From positions 122,826 through 186,825 of the forward strand of contig CAWJCY010000001.1 in the NCBI GenBank assembly GCA_963841565.1: a stretch of DNA of 64,000 bases, given 5' to 3'. The number at the start of each line of letters is the position of its first letter. Positions within the stretch are counted from its first letter, which is position 1. Origin of the DNA: an uncultured Nitrososphaerales archaeon. GTDB taxonomy: Archaea; Thermoproteota; Nitrososphaeria; Nitrososphaerales; Nitrososphaeraceae. Position numbers and translations under genes: made by a program. This document shows, one piece after another, positions 54,744 through 63,670 of the stretch. A model generated the notes under the pieces. That model worked only from the letters and a program-made list of their open reading frames with translations, was not told the DNA's origin and did no database searches.

Positions 54744-55802
54744 ATGCTAGCAAGATCTGGTTTGAAAAATTTGAGAGGAGAACTAATAGCATTTTCAATT
54801 GGATTAATTCTGATCGCGGGGTCTGGTTTGTCTTTCCCAGTATTGGTCCCAGTGTCGGCTCAAAGTGAAGGGCAGCCTTTAAAGGTGAAATTATTAACTG
54901 ATGCGTTATTCAGCGATAGCGGATGGGGTGCTCCAGCATACAATGCTTCACAGGCTCTGAAAGAAAAATATGGCTTAGATTTAACTGCCGGCGAAAAGGT
55001 ACCCATTCCTGACATAGAGCCAACTTTGAGAGATGCAGCTGACGAGGGCAATGATCTCATAATAGCCCATGGCTTTGAGTGGGGAGATCCTGCAAAAAGA
55101 GTTGCTACCGACTATCCTGATACAAAATTTGTTGTATTTACAGGACTAACCAACGGTAGTAATGTAGCATCTGTTTTTCCAATGCAGCAGGAGGGATCAT
55201 ATGTCCTTGGAGCATTGGCGGCTATGATGTCAAAGACTGGCACCATTGGCTTTGTAGGTGGTCAAGCATATCCTAACATAATAAATATATTCGAGGGGTA
55301 TAAACAGGGAGCCAGGTCCATCAATCCTGACATAAAGGTATTAGGACAGTACATCGATACTTTCACTGACCCTGCTAGAGGGAAGGAGGCTGGAGTTTCA
55401 TTAATAAATAATGGTGCTGATTTCCTATTTCACGTCGCTGACCTGTCAGGGCAGGGAGTAATTCAAGCAGCAAAGGAAAAAGGTGTATATGCTTTAGGAG
55501 CTGTAGCCGATCAACATAATGCCGCTCCCGATACTGTCTTGACTTCGTTTGTTCTTGATATAGATAAATCTTTTGAGCAAGCCATAAACATGGTCCAGAA
55601 TGGTAACTTTAGTGGCCAGCTTTATAAGCCTGGATTAGAGACTGCAAAAGGTGCCTCCGGAGATGGTATCGTATTCATTGCACCATTCCATAATCTCGAT
55701 AGCAAGGTTCCAGCTGATGTGAAACAGAGGCTTAACCAAATCGTCCAAGATATAATAAGTGGCAAGATCGTAGTTCCGGAACGGACAGAAGCGTCATCTT
55801 AA
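54744..55802 (+). CDS. BMP/PnrA-family ABC substrate-binding protein (nucleoside/purine type)
   Basis: DSGWG, DLIIAHGFEW, EGSYVLGALAAMMSKTGTIGFVGG, F.DPARGKEA, GADF.FH.A, DQH..AP; signal peptide without lipobox Cys. Confidence 0.92.
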   Translation: MLARSGLKNLRGELIAFSIGLILIAGSGLSFPVLVPVSAQSEGQPLKVKLLTDALFSDSGWGAPAYNASQALKEKYGLDLTAGEKVPIPDIEPTLRDAADEGNDLIIAHGFEWGDPAKRVATDYPDTKFVVFTGLTNGSNVASVFPMQQEGSYVLGALAAMMSKTGTIGFVGGQAYPNIINIFEGYKQGARSINPDIKVLGQYIDTFTDPARGKEAGVSLINNGADFLFHVADLSGQGVIQAAKEKGVYALGAVADQHNAAPDTVLTSFVLDIDKSFEQAINMVQNGNFSGQLYKPGLETAKGASGDGIVFIAPFHNLDSKVPADVKQRLNQIVQDIISGKIVVPERTEASS

Positions 55803-55977
55803 TTTTTGTTCCATAGAAAGGGTCGGAAGAGAATCATTGGACATAGCAACCTTGTAGATTACTTGCACTGTCAATTCTCCAACCGTGAGGTAAAAAGTGG
55901 GAAGATGTCAACACGGGGAGGATTAATTTATTCATGATCCCGTCCACTTCGAGTATGGTGAGGATACCTAACTGTAT

Positions 55978-57663
55978 ATGTCTGATGCGGGTTCTCCTCC
56001 GCTTTCAAACTCGAATGTTGACCATCCTGCTTACACTTCCTCCTCCCTTTCGAACCCGAGACCCTCACAATCGGTTTCGGCCGGAACGCAGGATGACCAA
56101 CCCGTGCTTTCTATGAACGGCATAACATGCAGATTTAATGAGGTTATAGCCAATAATGACGTGTACTTCGATCTTTTTAGAGGTGAAATTCATGGGCTTC
56201 TTGGAGAAAACGGTGCGGGAAAGACAACTTTGATGAGTGTACTCTATGGGCTATACAAACCAGAAGCGGGAGAAATTTTTGTAAAGGGAGAAAGGGTTGA
56301 CATAAAATCTCCTCTTGATGCCATATCACTTGGGATAGCAATGGTTCATCAGCATTTCTTATTGACACCCAGCCATACGGTTACAGAGAACATTATTGTT
56401 GGGCTAAAGTCACCTGGAAGATCTATTTTCCTGAATACGGCGGAAGCCGAAAAAAGGATCTTGGAATTATCCAGGAAATATGGTCTTAAGATTGACCCAA
56501 AAGCAATCGTAGGTGACCTATCTGTGGGCGAACAACAACGTGTAGAAATAATAAAAGCACTCTACAGGGACATTGATATTCTAATTCTAGATGAGCCTAC
56601 TTCAATGCTAACCCCCGTTGAAGAAAAGGCGTTGTTTTCGACACTATCTGCTATGGTAAAAGCCGGACTTTCGATAATATTCATCACACACAAGTTAAAA
56701 GAAGTCATTGAAGCAAGCACACGTGTAACGGTTCTTAGAGGTGGAAAAGTAATTGGCACGGTAATGACTGCTCAAACAACCGAAACAGAACTTGCAAAAT
56801 TGATGATAGGAAGGTCACTCACTCAAAGTGTAGGCCAAAGCCAAGAAGAGATCCGAGCAGGAATTCAGAAATCATCTAGTGAGAGATCCTCAGCTGGACT
56901 TGCCAATGTGCTTGAACTTAAAAACGTGTTTGCATTGAACAATTCTGGGGTACAAGCGCTTAAGGACTTGTCATTAACAGTATCAAAAGGTGAGATACTG
57001 GGAATTGCAGGTGTCGATGGAAATGGTCAGAGCGAATTGGCAGAGATTGTTTCTGGTTTGAGGAAGATTCAAAGTGGACAGGTATTCATCGATGGACGCG
57101 ATATAGTAGGAATGTCACCGAAGCAGATTAGGCAATGGGGCCTCGCGTACATACCCGAAGATCGACTCAACACTGGTCTTATTCTAGAATACAGTATTGC
57201 TGAAAACCTAATTTTGGACAGGTGGTATACTAGACCGTACTCTGGTAAAATATTCTTAAATAAACACGAAATGAAACGATTTGCTGAGGAGATCGTTACA
57301 AATTTTGATGTGAGAACTCCAAGCTTAGATATCCAAGTACGCTATTTATCGGGTGGGAATCTACAAAAAATCGTACTTGGAAGAGAATTGTCAAGGGAAC
57401 ATAAACTGCTTATTGCTCATAATCCAACACGAGGATTGGACGTGGGTGCTGCCGAATATGTCCACAAACAACTTTTTAAACAAAGAGATTCTGGAGTAGG
57501 AGTTTTATTGTTGTCCTTAGATTTGGATGAAATTCTCTTAGTCAGCGATAGGATAGCAGTGATTTATGCCGGTAGGATAATGGGAGTATTCGACAGGACA
57601 ACAGCAGACGTCGAAAAAATAGGCCCGTTAATGGGGGGTTATGTGGTGGAGGCTAATGCTTGA
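55978..57663 (+). CDS. CUT2-type ABC transporter ATP-binding protein (two NBDs)
   Basis: GENGAGKTT, MVHQHF, LSVGEQQRVEI, LDEPT, IPEDR, LSGGNLQK, NPTRGLDVGA. Confidence 0.95.
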   Translation: MSDAGSPPLSNSNVDHPAYTSSSLSNPRPSQSVSAGTQDDQPVLSMNGITCRFNEVIANNDVYFDLFRGEIHGLLGENGAGKTTLMSVLYGLYKPEAGEIFVKGERVDIKSPLDAISLGIAMVHQHFLLTPSHTVTENIIVGLKSPGRSIFLNTAEAEKRILELSRKYGLKIDPKAIVGDLSVGEQQRVEIIKALYRDIDILILDEPTSMLTPVEEKALFSTLSAMVKAGLSIIFITHKLKEVIEASTRVTVLRGGKVIGTVMTAQTTETELAKLMIGRSLTQSVGQSQEEIRAGIQKSSSERSSAGLANVLELKNVFALNNSGVQALKDLSLTVSKGEILGIAGVDGNGQSELAEIVSGLRKIQSGQVFIDGRDIVGMSPKQIRQWGLAYIPEDRLNTGLILEYSIAENLILDRWYTRPYSGKIFLNKHEMKRFAEEIVTNFDVRTPSLDIQVRYLSGGNLQKIVLGRELSREHKLLIAHNPTRGLDVGAAEYVHKQLFKQRDSGVGVLLLSLDLDEILLVSDRIAVIYAGRIMGVFDRTTADVEKIGPLMGGYVVEANA

Positions 57664-57711
57664 AATGATGCCTATGGATTTTCGAAATATGGGAGATTGT
57701 GATCTACAGGA

Positions 57712-58830
57712 TTGACCACAACTCTCATACTCGGGAAGAGACTCAGTTTTAAACACATCGTCCCGTTCCTGTCAGGTGGGCTGGCTTTTTTGGTCGGAGG
57801 AATCATACTTTATGCTGCAGGCGTGGATCCACTGGAAGCCTATGCTTTACTGATTAAGGGATCACTCGGAACTACGCGTGCAATTGCAGATACCCTTGTA
57901 AAGACTATATCGCTGCTCATTGCGGGTCTTGCAGTAGCTGTCGCATTTAAGTGTAAATTATGGAATATCGGCGCCGAAGGTCAACTCTATATGGGAGCTT
58001 TGGGAGGATTGCTGGTTGGGATTGCAGTGGTGGGTATGATTCCTGTAGTATCGGTTATTTTCGTTCTCATTGCAGGTATTGCATTTGGAGCAATGTTCAG
58101 TCTTGTGCCAGCGGTACTCAAGGTCAAATTGGGCGTAAGTGAAATAATTGTAACCGTTCTTCTCAATTTTGTAGCTCTACTCTTTATTTCATACCTTCTA
58201 CATGGACCAATCAAAGCGCCAGGGTTTTTGCCTTACAGTCCTGATATTTTTCCGGAGTCTGAGCTGCCTATTTTGGTAGAACATACCAGATTGCATGCGG
58301 GGCTAATCATAGCCGCATTAGCCGCTATTTTTGTCCATTTTCTATGGAAAAGTAAGATTGGATTTGAATTAAAGAGTGTAGGCATGAATATTTCAGCCGC
58401 ACGTTATGCAGGTATGAATATAACGAAAAGTATCCTGATAACTATGGCTATTAGCGGAGGGCTGGCAGGACTAACGGGAGCTGTGCTTCTAGCTGGAGTC
58501 CAACACCGACTCATTGAGGGTATTTCTCCTGGCTATGGATTCATCGCTGTGATCATTGCACTTTTGGGGAGAGAAAATGCCTTGGGAGTTTGTCTTGTCG
58601 CTTTCTTTTTTGCGGTCTTGTTAGCAGGATCCGAATCTATGTATAGAACGTTAGGCATACCAGTTGCTTTTGCTCAAACATTGCAGGCACTCGTTTTAGT
58701 TTTCGTGCTAATCGGAGAAGTATTTACCCGAATCCACCTTCCAAAAAGAATCAAGAGAGTCGATGAAGCCAAATTAGAGAACCTTGGGAAGCAGGTTGGA
58801 GCGCCTGCGGATAGGGGGAAAGTGGAGTGA
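57712..58830 (+). CDS. Nucleoside-type ABC transporter permease 1
   Basis: WNIGAEGQ, SEII.TVLLNF, GFELKSVG.N..AARYAG, GYGF.AV. Confidence 0.92.
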   Translation: MTTTLILGKRLSFKHIVPFLSGGLAFLVGGIILYAAGVDPLEAYALLIKGSLGTTRAIADTLVKTISLLIAGLAVAVAFKCKLWNIGAEGQLYMGALGGLLVGIAVVGMIPVVSVIFVLIAGIAFGAMFSLVPAVLKVKLGVSEIIVTVLLNFVALLFISYLLHGPIKAPGFLPYSPDIFPESELPILVEHTRLHAGLIIAALAAIFVHFLWKSKIGFELKSVGMNISAARYAGMNITKSILITMAISGGLAGLTGAVLLAGVQHRLIEGISPGYGFIAVIIALLGRENALGVCLVAFFFAVLLAGSESMYRTLGIPVAFAQTLQALVLVFVLIGEVFTRIHLPKRIKRVDEAKLENLGKQVGAPADRGKVE

Positions 58831-58839
58831 ATTGACAAA

Positions 58840-59775
58840 GTGGTAGAAATGATTGATTTTATTATCGGAATAGTAGCGTCAGGTATTCGTATGAGTACAC
58901 CGTCGCTCTTTGCTGCTCTAGGTGAAAATATTGCAGAACGTTCAGGTGTCCTCAATCTAGGGGTTGAAGGAATGATGCTAATCGGAGCATTTGCTGGTTT
59001 TATTGGAACGTTTGTCACCGGGAATGTAATCATAGGAATTTTGTTTGCTATATCCGGCCCGATGGTCATGGCAGCCCTAATGGCCTTTCTAAGTGTAAGT
59101 TTACGCACGAACCAGTTGGTTGCTGGTTTGGCCATCTGGCTCTTAGGGGTCGGCCTTGCAGCGCTGCTTTATCGACTGACTTTTGGCGTAGTCACGGTGG
59201 CGCCCACAGTACCAACTATCCCTCCTCTCGACATCCCATTTTTGAGTTCAATTCCAATTTTGGGACCTATTATTTTTCATCATGACGCAATGATCTATCT
59301 TGCGTTTTTGCTAATTCCTGTGACTCATATTTTTCTCTTCAAGACAAACATTGGTCTGAAGATAAGAACAGTGGGAGAGAACCCAAAGCAGGCTGATACG
59401 CTGGGTGTAAACGTAAACAGGATTCGCTACATGTCGGTAATCATAGGCGGCGCGTTTGCAGGTTTGGGAGGCTCCTATATCGCCTTAGTAACTACTGGTT
59501 CTTTTTCTGAAGACATTGCTGCGGGACAAGGATGGATTGCTCTCGCAGCTGTAATCTTCGGCAGATGGAGACCTTTTTGGATAGTAATAGGGGCTCTCGT
59601 TTACGGAATGGTCAATGCAACGGTATTAGGGTTACAGTCGATAGGAACGACTATTCCTTTTCAGTTATTGCTCATGCTACCGTACTTACTACCAATCGCC
59701 ATCCTGGCAGCTACGTTTAAGAAGAGTGTAGCACCCGCTGCATTGGCAACACCCTACAAGAGAGGAGAAAGATAG
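58840..59775 (+). CDS. Nucleoside-type ABC transporter permease 2
   Basis: AALGENIAERSGVLNLGVEGMML, GENP..ADTLGVNV, GQGWIALAAVIFGRWRP, MLPY, PAAL..PY. Confidence 0.93.
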   Translation: MVEMIDFIIGIVASGIRMSTPSLFAALGENIAERSGVLNLGVEGMMLIGAFAGFIGTFVTGNVIIGILFAISGPMVMAALMAFLSVSLRTNQLVAGLAIWLLGVGLAALLYRLTFGVVTVAPTVPTIPPLDIPFLSSIPILGPIIFHHDAMIYLAFLLIPVTHIFLFKTNIGLKIRTVGENPKQADTLGVNVNRIRYMSVIIGGAFAGLGGSYIALVTTGSFSEDIAAGQGWIALAAVIFGRWRPFWIVIGALVYGMVNATVLGLQSIGTTIPFQLLLMLPYLLPIAILAATFKKSVAPAALATPYKRGER

Positions 59776-59948
59776 GATCAGTTGCTGTTCCTACTAATAG
59801 TAATCCATTCTCTAACTCGGAGTGATGGCTAAGATTTATTTTTCATTTTGGGTTAGCCAACACAATCAAAGCTAGTTGGATTTGCAATAATGATTTAGGG
59901 AGGAACATGAAATTACTAGTAAATATTTTCCGAAACCTCATGAATTGA

Positions 59949-60911
59949 CTAGTTGACAAATTTTACTTTATTCCTTATTTTGCCTATTCCTTCAACCTCA
60001 ACTTCTACGATGTCTCCATGTTGTAAATATTTAAGATGTGAAGACATCGATAAAGCCGTTCCGCCGGGAGTTCCTGTTGATATAATATCTCCAGCTTCAA
60101 GTGTCATGACACTACTTAGACTATTTACTATTTTCTCAATGTTTAGAACAAGCTTAGAAGTAGAAGAACATTGTCTAACTTCTTCGTTTACTTTAGTGAT
60201 CAGCTGCAAATCGTTTGGATCTGGGATGTCATCGCGGGTGACAAGCCATGGTCCACATGGTCCAAATGAATCAAAGCTCTTTGCTCGACTATATTGCTTA
60301 TCAATAAACTGTACGTCTCGCGCTGAAATGTCATTTAGCACGAAATATCCTCCTACATATTCCAATGCCTTATTCATCTCTACGTCTCTGCACTTCTTAT
60401 CAATCACAAAAGCTAACTCTCCTTCATAATCAAGCTGCTTTACAAATGAGGGACAGATTATATCTTCGAAGGCCCCAGCCAAACTGGTTCTGGCCTTCAT
60501 ATATATCACAGGATCCTTGGGCGGAAACTTTCCAAAGCGTAACCAAGTGTCTTGGTCTTTGTAATTAAATGCCAAGCAAATTATCTTAAATGATCTAGTG
60601 ATTGGTGGAAGCAAACGAAAATTGAAGATATTATGAGTTAGGTTCAATCCGTCAAGAACCTTTTGAATTCGATTTGAATACCCTTCAAAGATGAATTCTT
60701 CTAAAGTAGGAGGAATTTGAATATCAGTTTGAGACTCGATTTCGTCTGCTGTAATTGCATCTCCATTATTGTTGACAATGGCGTAAGTATCAGAATAAGG
60801 GTCAGATAGCATGGGCGTCAGTCTAGGACTCCCTCTACTGTTGTCTATATCTTCGGCCGCTGCTGATTCCTCAGACTCTAAATTTTCTTTCGCTACCCTA
60901 GCGATTCTCAA
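59949..60911 (-). CDS. Fumarylacetoacetate hydrolase-family protein
   Basis: KIICLAFNY, LDYEGEL, NDISARD, AKSFDSFGPCGP, GDIISTGTPGG. Confidence 0.92.
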   Translation of the reverse strand: MRIARVAKENLESEESAAAEDIDNSRGSPRLTPMLSDPYSDTYAIVNNNGDAITADEIESQTDIQIPPTLEEFIFEGYSNRIQKVLDGLNLTHNIFNFRLLPPITRSFKIICLAFNYKDQDTWLRFGKFPPKDPVIYMKARTSLAGAFEDIICPSFVKQLDYEGELAFVIDKKCRDVEMNKALEYVGGYFVLNDISARDVQFIDKQYSRAKSFDSFGPCGPWLVTRDDIPDPNDLQLITKVNEEVRQCSSTSKLVLNIEKIVNSLSSVMTLEAGDIISTGTPGGTALSMSSHLKYLQHGDIVEVEVEGIGKIRNKVKFVN

Positions 60912-60937
60912 ATCTAATGACTTGCTATCTTAAATGG

Positions 60938-61496
60938 TTAACCAACTCTTAAGTAGCTTTCATCAGAATCTACCTTCGCTTCCATCTCTATCTTGTGCAA
61001 TTGAAGCCTTTCTCTTAAAAAATGATGTTTAAGACACAGAATCTGACAGGCAAGAAGAGCGAGCATTATACGCGGAATCAATGCCTACCGTGGCAACTGG
61101 GACCCCTTGAGGCATCTGAATCATAGAAAGCAAAGAATCTGTTCCGCTGCCCAAAAATGATGAAGCATGTGACAAAGGTATTCCGATTACAGGAAGGGTT
61201 GTAAGGGAGGCTATCAGTCCGGGGAGATGTGCTGATCCGGTTCCGCAAGCGAGGACAACTTCTATTCCCCTTACTTCAAGATTACTTGCATACTTGATTG
61301 CCCTGTTAGGAGATCTATGAGCGGCAACAATGGTAGTCTCGTAGGGGATACCAAAGTTTTCCAAGACTGAGCATGCCTCATGAATTTTGTTGAACAATTC
61401 AATTGATGGAGCAACTATCGAAACCAGGTGGTGGTCTGAAGAAGTACCTTGTACACTCTTTAAACGTCTTTTTCTGGGCTTTAATGTTGATTTCAT
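60938..61496 (-). CDS. Divergent PurE (N5-CAIR mutase/AIR carboxylase)-like protein, +1 frameshift near 61061
   Basis: AHRSP, AHLPGLIASLTTLPVIGIP, DSLLSMIQMP.GVPVATV; restored C-terminus NAALLACQIL...LRERL; N-terminal GSDSD loop absent. Confidence 0.8.
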
Positions 61497-61901
61497 ACGG
61501 CGACAGGGTTGATAAGATAAGATTTTGTTTTTAAATCTATATTGAACATTCGCAAAGTAATAAGCCGTAAACCTTAGATGGCGTCACGATTTGCTAGAAG
61601 ATGGCAAATTGATGCTGGTCTACAATGTCTGTCCCCTTCCTAGTTGCATACCTACATGCTGTAAAGATTATGAAATTGTTTAACAATATTCATGATTTGC
61701 ATATATCCACAATGGTGCCTATATTGATATATGTAGCGATTTATCAAAATTATATAATAAGGATATAAAGTCGGCACAATAGTAACTAACATTGCAACAA
61801 GTTACACTGAGGCAGGGAAGAGAGTCAAATGGGAAAAAAATAGGACACAACAAGATTGGCTCCAACATCTATGAAGGAAAGATCTGTTTCTGCTGTCACT
61901 T

Positions 61902-63374
61902 ATGACAATAAGGAGAATGAACAAATTAGTGCGGGAATCTTCAAGTACAAAAACTATAGGATCCAGCATTTATGAGCTCTCCAAGCTCATTTCTTCAAAC
62001 TCTTTGTCACCGGTCGATCTGGTTGAAGATACACTTGAGAGGATCAATTCCCTAAACGAAGAGCTCCACGCATACATAACTGTGACGGGAGATTCTGCCA
62101 GAAAGGAAGCGAAAAAGGCAGAAGTGGATATACGTGATGGTAAATACTTGGGCCCATTGCACGGAATTCCTGTGAGTTTAAAGGATCTAATTTACGTTCG
62201 TGGAGTAAGGAGTACCAGTGGCTCAAGGATACTATCAGATTTTGTGCCTGACTATAACGCCACTGTCGTCAAGAAACTCAAGGAAGCTGGAGCAATTATA
62301 GTGGGCACGAACAATACTCATGAATTCGCTTGTGGAATTACCAACATAAATCCCCATTATGGTTCATCAAGGAACCCATGGGATCCCAGTAGAATGTCAG
62401 GAGGTTCCAGTGGTGGTTCAGCAGTTGCTGTGAGTGCAGGGATGGCTGTAGGCTCTCTAGGAACTGATACTAGCGGTTCTATCCGCGTTCCTTCATCACT
62501 TTGTGGGCTTTTCGGTCTAAAACCCACATACGGGAGAGTCAGCAAATATGGAGTCATGCCATTGGCTCCCTCAATCGATCACGTTGGGCCAATTGCACGA
62601 ACTGCGTGGGATACGGCGGCGCTATTGCAAGCTATTGCTGGCTATGACACACAGGATGAATCAACAGTGGACTTACCCGTTCCCGATTACCTTCAAATCG
62701 TATCTGAGACCTTGGACAAGCCAAGAAAATTTACTTTGGGTGTGCCTAAAGAGTACTTTTTTGACTTGATCGATTCAAGAGTTATGGAAATCTTTGAAAA
62801 TTGTTTGGATGAGATGCACGGATGTGGGGTTTCAACAGTTCCAGTTACCTTAAATGAGACACACAAGATTTCTGACGCTTGGAAGGCGTTCCGATTAGGT
62901 GAATCAGCGGCGGTTCATTTCCCATGGCTAAATTCCAGGCGCGATGAGTACGGAAGTGATGTGTTGGCCATGCTTGAAAGGGGAACGGAAATTACTGCTG
63001 TTGAATATATAACTGCGCTTCGCTACAAGAAGGAACTAAAGGAAGCATTTTTGAGAGCCATGAGGGGACTGGATGGCCTGCTAGTACCAACGACTGCCAT
63101 TAGCGCCCCTAGGTTAGAAGACACCGTAATAGACATCAATGGAAAAAGTACGGAGGTCTATATAGCGCTCAGTAGACTTACCACTGTCTTTAATATAACA
63201 GGCCTACCCTCGCTTAATGTCCCTGCAGGGCTTGTAGACGGCAGCCTTCCCGTTGGTGTTCAGCTAGTCGGAAGGGATTTCGACGAAGGTCTTCTTCTTT
63301 GTCTGGCAAACGTGTACGAGAGGAATTCAAAGATTTCTGAAAGAATGATTGCACCACTATGCCTGAGGCGATAG
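61902..63374 (+). CDS. Amidase-signature family enzyme (AtzE/GatA-like)
   Basis: GPLHGIPVSLKD, GGSSGGSA, GTDTSGSIRVPS (Ser-cisSer-Lys triad), GLKPTYGRVS, DHVGP; no gatB/gatC beside it. Confidence 0.92.
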   Translation: MTIRRMNKLVRESSSTKTIGSSIYELSKLISSNSLSPVDLVEDTLERINSLNEELHAYITVTGDSARKEAKKAEVDIRDGKYLGPLHGIPVSLKDLIYVRGVRSTSGSRILSDFVPDYNATVVKKLKEAGAIIVGTNNTHEFACGITNINPHYGSSRNPWDPSRMSGGSSGGSAVAVSAGMAVGSLGTDTSGSIRVPSSLCGLFGLKPTYGRVSKYGVMPLAPSIDHVGPIARTAWDTAALLQAIAGYDTQDESTVDLPVPDYLQIVSETLDKPRKFTLGVPKEYFFDLIDSRVMEIFENCLDEMHGCGVSTVPVTLNETHKISDAWKAFRLGESAAVHFPWLNSRRDEYGSDVLAMLERGTEITAVEYITALRYKKELKEAFLRAMRGLDGLLVPTTAISAPRLEDTVIDINGKSTEVYIALSRLTTVFNITGLPSLNVPAGLVDGSLPVGVQLVGRDFDEGLLLCLANVYERNSKISERMIAPLCLRR

Positions 63375-63670
63375 GAACGTATGAGCTGATAACGGCTCAC
63401 TAATGCCTACCAGTTAAATCGTTGCATGAATGAGATTACTTTTTCTTTCACGTATTCTGCAAATTTGAAGGTTGATAGTTAATCCTTATATCAATCCATC
63501 TTATATCGAATATTACTTGCATCGAAATTTGAAATTGCTTCCCGGAGTGACTAGACGTGCTACTCATTTAGTGGAATTTTATACTGCGTATCAGCAGCGT
63601 TTTTCTCGGGATTGATTATGTATATGTTGAGAAATGATGGGCTGGTAGCAGAATTCGGTGGCGAATTTTA

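Noticed and set aside
61902-63374. Calling the amidase gatA
   Set aside because: No gatC/gatB neighbours, it lacks the GatA-typical DEFAMGSS motif (reads HEFACG), and the context is catabolic
63639-63648. GGGCTGGTAG identical to the first 10 nt of tRNA-Ala, as a possible att site
   Set aside because: Only 10 bp, matches the 5' rather than the 3' end, there is no integrase, and the gene cluster continues past it
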